A DNA stretch of 64,000 nucleotides from Candidatus Woesearchaeota archaeon (GTDB taxonomy: Archaea; Nanobdellota; Nanobdellia; Woesearchaeales; 0-14-0-80-44-23): NCBI GenBank assembly GCA_038874135.1, contig JAVZCZ010000001.1, forward strand, positions 736,001 to 800,000. Reading direction: 5' to 3'. Shown here one piece after another: positions 39,801 through 45,377 of this stretch (positions are counted from its first letter, which is position 1; each line of letters begins with the position of its first letter). The notes below the pieces were generated by a model that ran no database searches, had not been told where the DNA came from, and saw nothing but the letters and a program-made list of their open reading frames with translations. Made by a program: the position numbers and the translations under genes.

Positions 39801-41705
39801 AGGGCTACAACTGGAAGCACTGCTGTTGCAGAATGGCAGGTAGTTTCGTGGAGTGGTGCGAGAGTGCAGAGTGGAAACATCTCTTTCATAACAGCTTCGC
39901 AGAGCGTCCCCATAGAAGAGGTTAATCTTTCCAGGAGCATGCTGATATTCAGCACTGCTGTAACTGGCAACACCAGGATAGGAGCTAACATGATTTTTGG
40001 CAACTTTACCAATTCCACAACAGCATACTTCTCAAGAACGAATGCTGCAGGAACAGCATATGTTTCCTGGTTTGCAGTTGAGCTTCCCCAATACTACTCA
40101 GTACAAGCCGGAACAGTTTCAATCACAGCAGATACCAATGTTCAAATATACCCCGTGCGCACTGAGAAGACATTTCATCTGCACTCAGCTTCAGCAGTAG
40201 GAGCAACCAGCACTACCTACTCTGATGCCCTAATAAGAGCCGAGCTAACAAATAGCTCAAATCTTATGCTGGATAAGGTGTCTGGCACAAATACCAACTA
40301 TGTTGCCTGGTTTGTAGTAGAAGAAAAATATCTTTCAGCTAATTCGGGAATGGAAGAAGCTTTAATGGCATACAACTACAACTCCACATTGACAGGGCTT
40401 TACACTCTAAGTTGGGTTTCCGGAAAGAGCCCGGTGGGCAACTACACCTTTGTATACTCTGCAACAAAAACTAATTACTCATCTGCAAGGGCATACTCCA
40501 CATTTGAGATAATTCCAGACACAACTCCGCCCAATGTTACGCTTGTAAGCCCACTTCAACTTGAAAAGAGGGGCGTCGGAAATATAATCTTTTCCTACAT
40601 ACCTTATGACTTGAACCTTCTAAACTGCACACTCTACCTTGGAAAGGACGGAACTTTTTCTCCGAACATTACGAGCACGAGTCCAATAAATAATGCAGTA
40701 AACAATCTTTCAGTATACTTAGACATCGGATTATACACTTGGAATGTGCTTTGTAGGGACAGTGAAGGAAACTCTGCATTTGCTCTGCAGAACAGGACAC
40801 TTAACATAACAGGCCCAGACCTATACCCTGTTGCTGTTTGGTTTAGCAACACGCCCAGGATTGAGACCGTTAACACAACCATCTTTGTTAACATTTCTAA
40901 TAAGGGGCTTTCTGATTGTACTAAAAACTTCACTGTTGAGTTCAGGAGAAGTGGGCTGCTCATAGGCAATCTGAGTGTGCAGGGGCTGCTGATTGGCGAA
41001 GTTAAAAGCTTGAACTCTTCATTCCTGTTAGGTCCCGGCATTAATAATTTAAGTATTAGCATAGATCCTGATAACAGGATTAACGAGTCGGACGAGTCAA
41101 ACAACAATGCTTATGAGGTTATTGCTGTTGAGTTTTATCAGTACTATTACGGAAATCTTAGCTTTTTACAGGTTTTGAGCAAGTCCTCAAACGAGTCTGT
41201 ATTCACTTGGGAAAATTCAAATCCTGAAGATGGGGTTATTTTAGTTGCTGATATTGATTCAAAATTTGAGATTGGAAACTTAAGAGCCCTGACTCGGAAT
41301 GCAAATGGGGATCCAGTTATAAATGATCTTTCAGAATTGGATGAGGCTTTTAATTCTTCAAATCTTAACGATTCTATTAAGAATGTGTGGGGAAACGGCA
41401 CTGACATTCCAATAATGACTGCCAACTTTACGATAGGACAGTTTAATATTTCTAACGTTCCGGTAGCATATTCCAGAAATTCCACTTCTTCAATTACGGG
41501 AATACTCTGGGACTCTGCAGATGATTTAAGCCACAACCTTCAGTATGACAGCTCTGATAGGGAAGATATAGTTCTAATCACAAAGATTCACCCGTTAGCA
41601 GACTGTTCTTTTGGTAGCTGCAATTATGAGATAAGAATTCCAGCAGCTCTACGCTCTTACAAGCCTAACACCGACCTCGTAGTTTTTTACACCATGCTAA
41701 ACTGA
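33867..41705 (+). CDS. Giant secreted Ig-repeat surface protein/adhesin (2612 aa) with propeller-like repeats, DUF2341-like segment, lectin-like repeats, CARDB-like and C-terminal family-A domain
   Basis: Signal peptide; 50-aa SVSVSA.NSSAFV.GWYD repeats; WWNTSFKYRRPI..YYVYYGN; V(N/D)..R(A/S)F..W.V(I/V)E repeats; IDPDNRINESDESNN. Confidence 0.85.
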   Translation: MKRSITFGIIFLLLIALSLKISSASCPEIILSSNTTIKDVDIKIKVSGQTQESELVIRTPSGPYRLLGDIPSLTSFTPKDVGNYSVEVWQDKVLCDIKNFTALPHNNSTLFLPPILSTDKKEYHLGEAVRISLSPEYYGYSIEGLNLKLLTGQQSYSLLGEISEDIEFRPVFEGNYTILLLDSIGNTLASESFSVYALNSYFVNNLSIKKRFSDKFEYNISTNSEDMIVEFSNSFIKRLNLKKLSSSNLAIVRISELLPEERSRLNIPTIGGEIKESFELDPSALNFSEGELTIVPSGNELWKCTDWNYDAQYCVGSWIKQQNLVPGVENVIKFNLSDPGYAIVATANITSIAAATLSENSFVVAYCDDTNDRTAFKVFWANGSVRTNEVIVDSTTGNCGYTSVSVSALTNNSFVIGWIDTASSYASFAVYDASGNVITPRVDVDTTAGTSRSVSVSAFNSSAFVFGWYDQASAYASFRTFSSSGVAISSVVNVDTTAGTCNAVSVSAVNSSAFVFGWYDQASSDMTFRTYTSSGVAISAVTDVNTKVGTGSFSVSVAAYNSSAFVIVWYDQRLGYVSFRQYSVAGVQIGSQVNPDTAVGTTASGVFVSSVGVNSSVFAVGWNDLTTDVVSSVRTYSGAGAAVSSEVVVQANALKYNALAGYYPATGIGFCNGNFVAIIVNTSSQAFFKAYMPNGSEWDGNCPDVIPPQVVLNSPQQAAVFYSDTVDFNFTVTDNVDLVIPNCTLWINTSSTFSPNITIYNITSNKMNNITLSQIPDNKYIWNVRCYDNAGNSAFASSNFSLFINKNPPQILNPLLNESTVNQSHSVKFNVSITDSYGIDSAYITMMYPNGSSNNYYLNRSGNEFYFIINNTIQIGTYSVIYVWANDTLGQNSSLTLSDLQFNVTPSPPAQFNLLSPPNATESTNLRPNLTWETSYDETFLNYTIQISQDENFATVLFTYYNPGVYNTSRVLDYALEANKKYYWQVIAYDTFGNYKYSTNYFSYITDTLAPSIVLNMPGNLSFINSTQVNFTFTPSDANTISRCTLYLNVTGAFLPNTSITQVVKDTPNLIQAEIKDEGAHLWNILCNDSAGNSAFAPQNFTFISDLNPPSIQLLSPPNGSTYNISNFVNFTINASDRISAVYRCTLIINGQPVLTSYSVQDGVPYTFQYFLLNGNYSWQAECYDLNGHSNLSYSYNISVLVIDSVPPIVTLTSPAQDQYLSSKTVLFNYTPQDATGIKNCTLFIDGNENETDFSVRNLEPNYFLLEYLEDGVHNWTVLCFDNSSQQNSYAPTPVRFSIDTTPPSVILISPEDGVLTNNSLVTFVYAPSDANLENCSLYTNSSSEWMMESTDFYPINNQQNVFQKSVADGVLVWNVVCYDKGGLSSFADFNRTLNVDTTPPRYANITLIPTSPTEYSPYGEYYFNITWIDDFNLSSVYFESNFSGTFENESPNHFENIYYVHKTGLNSGTYQIRWYATDSAKNQNETPAIQYDITKAEPNLTLKINNYSYNLTVEEDSIVNISAELLEPPGAYLSIYINNNLITNGTSPIYTTYNFTEPGSYNVTASFEGSQNYLSAFRTIIVNVSDTTPPIIVPIFPQNNSFIGENHIVFSYNVTDSSQIANCSLFINRTLNQSNTSIQNGINYFEVDFQDGNYSWHLSCYDEFSNYAESPEIYFTSIRSDKIIASAHPQQPQYQKGETAILIGNTTSIFGTPLDTNIYANVIRGNTTIEWWNTSFKYRRPIFINNSMNASTYLQALINISNLSASISNCSELRIVMNNSFEHTLIPSEVLLEEGNASCLLRFNANASALATNENNYYVYYGNSGAGAQQQLPELAGISVQRKSVVGTTTSITDTMSEVNTSRAFLLFSANVASSTPAVWEITGRILSSTQVVFERYSGTTSANISWQVIEGSEINVQRGTASFGATQSNTTILIDSVNLNESFIIITGRTSSTTAGNANMGFFRAMFLNSTAIYIERATTGSTAVAEWQVVSWSGARVQSGNISFITASQSVPIEEVNLSRSMLIFSTAVTGNTRIGANMIFGNFTNSTTAYFSRTNAAGTAYVSWFAVELPQYYSVQAGTVSITADTNVQIYPVRTEKTFHLHSASAVGATSTTYSDALIRAELTNSSNLMLDKVSGTNTNYVAWFVVEEKYLSANSGMEEALMAYNYNSTLTGLYTLSWVSGKSPVGNYTFVYSATKTNYSSARAYSTFEIIPDTTPPNVTLVSPLQLEKRGVGNIIFSYIPYDLNLLNCTLYLGKDGTFSPNITSTSPINNAVNNLSVYLDIGLYTWNVLCRDSEGNSAFALQNRTLNITGPDLYPVAVWFSNTPRIETVNTTIFVNISNKGLSDCTKNFTVEFRRSGLLIGNLSVQGLLIGEVKSLNSSFLLGPGINNLSISIDPDNRINESDESNNNAYEVIAVEFYQYYYGNLSFLQVLSKSSNESVFTWENSNPEDGVILVADIDSKFEIGNLRALTRNANGDPVINDLSELDEAFNSSNLNDSIKNVWGNGTDIPIMTANFTIGQFNISNVPVAYSRNSTSSITGILWDSADDLSHNLQYDSSDREDIVLITKIHPLADCSFGSCNYEIRIPAALRSYKPNTDLVVFYTMLN
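35187..35842 (+). repeat. 656 bp direct repeat, copy 1 (partner 45768-46423), G/T-rich, contains internal ~150 bp units
   Basis: Sense and antisense translations identical over the tract; offset 10581. Confidence 0.95.
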
Positions 41706-41873
41706 GTTCAAATGTTTCTTTACATTTAGTTATCTAGTTTATCTATTAATATATTTAATATAATAAATTAATTATTTTAATTTATTAAGTTAAATATTTT
41801 TTTAATTAATTTATTATTTTAATAACTTAATCAGCAAGTTTTAAAACCCCTATTAACTTATTAAAAATCTAAG

Positions 41874-42368
41874 ATGCCAATTTTAAAGAAAGAGCAACCA
41901 ACTGCATTTCAGGAGCCACCTAAAGAAGTGCCGCCCTTGGCGCGGGAGATAATTGAAAGGAGCAAGATAGCTGGGCATACCGAACTTCCTCAGGAACTTC
42001 CACGAATTGCCGAATTGGTTGAAAGCCCAAAACAGGAATATCCAATACCACAAGAGTCAGCTCACGCTTCCGACGACATAAAAGAAGTGAAAGAACGCCT
42101 TGAACGAATAGAATCCTTGCTCAGAACTGCTGTTCCGGGAAAATATCTCATACTGAGAGATGGGAAAGTACTTAAGAACATTGCCGATTTGAGAAGCGCT
42201 TTAGCCACGATGAGTTCGGAAACATTCAATTTGCATGTCAACTTTGAGAGGAATGACTTTGCAAATTGGGTTAGGAATGTCTTCTTGGAAAAAGAGCTTG
42301 CTGATAAGTTGGATGGAGCCACGAGCAGGGCTCAGATGATTAGAATTTTAAACGAATATTTTGACTGA
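41874..42368 (+). CDS. Small cytoplasmic protein with DUF5752-like domain
   Basis: LRDGKVLKNIADLRSALATMSSETFNLHVNFERNDFANWVRNVF..ELADKL. Confidence 0.7.
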   Translation: MPILKKEQPTAFQEPPKEVPPLAREIIERSKIAGHTELPQELPRIAELVESPKQEYPIPQESAHASDDIKEVKERLERIESLLRTAVPGKYLILRDGKVLKNIADLRSALATMSSETFNLHVNFERNDFANWVRNVFLEKELADKLDGATSRAQMIRILNEYFD

Positions 42369-42543
42369 GAAATTCTTAAGTTTTCTTCTCGTGAAGACAA
42401 AGTTTATTTTTAAACGAAATCCCATTTGAACATTTTTAAGTTATATAATTCTTTATTTTTAATAAAAAAGAATTTTAATCCGTTATAATTAAAAAATAAG
42501 CATTTTAATGGTTTTTTTTATAGATTTTTTATGATTTTTTTTA

Positions 42544-42558
42544 GAAATATTTATATAT
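42544..42558 (+). promoter_or_regulatory. Putative BRE/TATA promoter of the subunit operon
   Basis: GAAATATTTATATAT in an AT-rich intergenic region upstream of 42672. Confidence 0.55.
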
Positions 42559-42595
42559 TAGTATACCTTTTTGTAGTTTAAATTAATAAAAAAGT

Positions 42596-42632
42596 TATTG
42601 GTATACTGCAATGATTAAAAAGTATACCAATA
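42596..42632. promoter_or_regulatory. 12 bp perfect inverted repeat (TATTGGTATACT-N13-AGTATACCAATA), putative operator or 5'UTR hairpin
   Basis: Arms 42596-42607 and 42621-42632; a third GTATAC at 42561 abuts the TATA box. Confidence 0.6.
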
Positions 42633-42671
42633 GCTTATTTACAAGCTTAAAGCAAGCAAGAGGGTGTCAAC

Positions 42672-43442
42672 ATGAAAAGGCGAATCAAAAACTTAGGAGC
42701 AATAGCCTCCTTCCTGGCTTTGTTGCTAGCAGCAGCAGTTCTGGCAGAACCTCAACAGGAGCCAATAGGTCCTGACAGCATAAACCAGTTAGGCTCCAGC
42801 AGGCATACCCCCGCAGCTATTCCATCACGCCCAGCATATGCAGGAAACGTAACTGAACTTTCAGTCTATACTCAGACCACAACACTCGGCTGGCAAGGTT
42901 ACTATGGAAATGTAACGGGTACAATAGTTCTTGATGATGCTAATAATCACACAATGTATGACTGGGCAATTGCACATCCAGAAGGAGAAATCTATGCAGT
43001 AATCCAACCAGTAGCTGATTGGGACCAGGTTTCATGTGCAACTCCAGCTCAGATAAGTACGATAGAAAACAACACTTACAAGTTTAACACTTATCCGAAC
43101 GGAACACTAAAGCCCTCATTAGATGCAGACAGCATTACAAACACATTTGCAGCAAACTTTGATGGAGACTTTTATGTCGGCTCAACACGAATAAATGCTA
43201 CATCCGGGTGTAAGGCAGCATACCTCTATGTCAATGATGCTCCAGACCCGTCAAAGAAGTTTACTGAGACATTGCTATACGACCAGGTGAATGCTAATCT
43301 CATCTTCACAGCAATCCTGGTAGAGAATACGGCAACAGGATTTGACGGGCTGCCTCACGACTTTCAGATGATAGTAGCAGAGAACGGTCACAATGGAGAT
43401 GAAACCACAACAACATACTACTTTTATGTAGAACTGCAATAA
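42672..43442 (+). CDS. Secreted family-A protein (putative filament subunit)
   Basis: Signal peptide; AGNVTEL..WQGYYGNVTG..GEIYA..W..V.C..GFDG..DFQMIV..YYFYVEL. Confidence 0.8.
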   Translation: MKRRIKNLGAIASFLALLLAAAVLAEPQQEPIGPDSINQLGSSRHTPAAIPSRPAYAGNVTELSVYTQTTTLGWQGYYGNVTGTIVLDDANNHTMYDWAIAHPEGEIYAVIQPVADWDQVSCATPAQISTIENNTYKFNTYPNGTLKPSLDADSITNTFAANFDGDFYVGSTRINATSGCKAAYLYVNDAPDPSKKFTETLLYDQVNANLIFTAILVENTATGFDGLPHDFQMIVAENGHNGDETTTTYYFYVELQ

Positions 43443-43512
43443 GGGAAAGCCATACTTGCTTTCTCTTATTAATTTTCACCTCCAGGCGAGGCGAGCAAGC
43501 GAGTGATGAAAA

Positions 43513-43716
43513 ATGGAACGCATCCCAGCACTAAATCCCAGATACACAAAAGTGGTCTGGCAGGAAACCCCTCAATCTGTAAGGGTTATACAGGGTATCT
43601 ATTCTGAAGATGGAGACTTCATAAGAGTTAAAGGCGACTATAAAGAGGTTCTAATCAGAAAGGATAAGGTGATCTCCATAGAGCACAAGCAGGCTGCGCG
43701 GGGTGATATAAAATGA
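43513..43716 (+). CDS. Small beta-rich protein, possibly Sm/LSm-like fold
   Basis: 67 aa, coupled to the next gene; DGDFIRV..EVLIRKDKVISIE pattern. Confidence 0.6.
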   Translation: MERIPALNPRYTKVVWQETPQSVRVIQGIYSEDGDFIRVKGDYKEVLIRKDKVISIEHKQAARGDIK

Positions 43717-44405
43717 AAAAAGTATTCATACTAATCTTGCTGGCAGCATTTCTCGCATTCTCAGTCCGCGCAGTTCCGACTGGCCCTGTTATAATGAGCA
43801 ACAGTACAGACTACGGTCCATCTAATGCTGGCACACTGGTCAGCACTGCTGGAGGAACGATTACAACATATCTATTAAATGCTACTCAGCAGAACCTTAG
43901 ATGGAAGGCATATGTCGGAAATGTGACTGGAAGGTATGTGCTTCAGGACTCTGCCAACTACTCCATCTACGACTGGAGCTTCACAATAAACTCGGGAGAG
44001 GTATATGCCACGAGAGCGTCCTCAGTCAACTGGGCAAATGTGAACTGCGCAAGCCCCGCACAGATAAGTTCAGAAGAATCAGCACTGAATCAGAACTCAG
44101 CCAATCCCGATACCATCTCAAAGACATTCAACACAAAATTTCACAACGCCTTTTCAGTAGGAACTGTCCCAATAAGTGCCAACTCTTGCAACTCCACAGC
44201 AACTAATGTTAACGGAGCCCCTCAAAGCACCTACTTTCAAGAAGTGCTCTTACATGATCAAGCGAGCGCTTTCATATACGCAACTCTTTTGAGCATTGGA
44301 CAGACTGGTTATAATAATCAGCATTTTGATTTTCAAATGATAGTGCCTGAAGACGAGATTACTCCGGGAAACACTCAGTACTACCTGTATGTAGAGCTCA
44401 TATGA
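43713..44405 (+). CDS. Secreted family-A protein (putative filament subunit), paralog of 42672
   Basis: Signal peptide; AGGTITT..WKAYVGNVTG..GEVYA..WANVNC..GYNN..DFQMIV..YYLYVEL. Confidence 0.8.
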   Translation: MKKVFILILLAAFLAFSVRAVPTGPVIMSNSTDYGPSNAGTLVSTAGGTITTYLLNATQQNLRWKAYVGNVTGRYVLQDSANYSIYDWSFTINSGEVYATRASSVNWANVNCASPAQISSEESALNQNSANPDTISKTFNTKFHNAFSVGTVPISANSCNSTATNVNGAPQSTYFQEVLLHDQASAFIYATLLSIGQTGYNNQHFDFQMIVPEDEITPGNTQYYLYVELI

Positions 44406-44412
44406 GCCAGAG

Positions 44413-45330
44413 GTGATTAAATTGAAAATCAAGCAAGCCATTCAAGCATTGGCAGTGGGACTTCCTCTGGCATTCCTGCTCTACTTTTGGACTGCCTCAC
44501 TAATATTATTTGCAGGCAAGGCTGAAGCAGTTTCATCCTGGAATGTTAATGCTACAGTCAATGTAACAAACGCTCCGCCAACAGTTGTGAGCGTGCTTTT
44601 AGACGACAATGTAACATCGCCTGCTGACACAATTGACCTAGTAGCAGGGGGCACTCAGCTAGTTTACTGCAACGCTACCGTGAATGATACTAACGGGTAC
44701 TTAGACATAACTAGCGCTAGGGCTGTGCTCTACCACTCTTCCTCAACCCCCAATGCAGCTGATAACAACGAGACGCACTACACTAACAACTCATGCACAC
44801 TACTCGCCGGCTCAGGCATATCCAGACCTGTTTCCTGCGCATTCAATATGCTTTACTACGCAACTAACGGCACTTGGACTTGTAATGTAACTGCTTTTGA
44901 CTCAGATAATGCCAACGGCACCGGCATAGATACTGCAAATGTGAGCATACTTGTAGCACTTAACATCTCTACACAGGTTCTAAACTATGGAAACCTTGCT
45001 CCACTGCAGGAATCCAGCCCGGTTACAGAAACAATAACAAACCACGGCAATGTGCAGATTGACCTCGTGCTGAATGGAACAGACATGCCCTGCACTTCAG
45101 TAGGAATAATAACTCCAAACGCACAGCATTATAATGTTACAGGAACAGGAACGACTTATGCCACAATGACTCCCCTGCAGTACAATCCCGTGACCGAAAC
45201 CTCATTTAACCTTGCGAAGAGGACTGACGCTGCTGAGAGCACAAGGGCAACCTACTGGAAAATCATACCTCCAGTAGGAACCAAGGGGATATGCACAGGA
45301 AATGTAACAATAGCAGCAGTAGTGGGATAA
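44413..45330 (+). CDS. Secreted family-B protein (two beta-sandwich domains, pilin/WxL-like C-terminus)
   Basis: N-terminal hydrophobic leader; LLDD..IDL.AG..CN.T..D.NG..YYA.NGTWTCNVT; YG..AP..ITN.GN..ID; YW..P.G.KG.C.G. Confidence 0.75.
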   Translation: MIKLKIKQAIQALAVGLPLAFLLYFWTASLILFAGKAEAVSSWNVNATVNVTNAPPTVVSVLLDDNVTSPADTIDLVAGGTQLVYCNATVNDTNGYLDITSARAVLYHSSSTPNAADNNETHYTNNSCTLLAGSGISRPVSCAFNMLYYATNGTWTCNVTAFDSDNANGTGIDTANVSILVALNISTQVLNYGNLAPLQESSPVTETITNHGNVQIDLVLNGTDMPCTSVGIITPNAQHYNVTGTGTTYATMTPLQYNPVTETSFNLAKRTDAAESTRATYWKIIPPVGTKGICTGNVTIAAVVG

Positions 45331-45377
45331 ACTTTTTTTATAAAACTTTTTAAATATATTCTCATTTTAAATGGCTA

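Noticed and set aside
41706-42671. Very AT-rich intergenic stretches as a replication origin
   Set aside because: No cdc6/orc1 nearby and no recognisable ORB/G-string repeats; adequately explained as promoter regions
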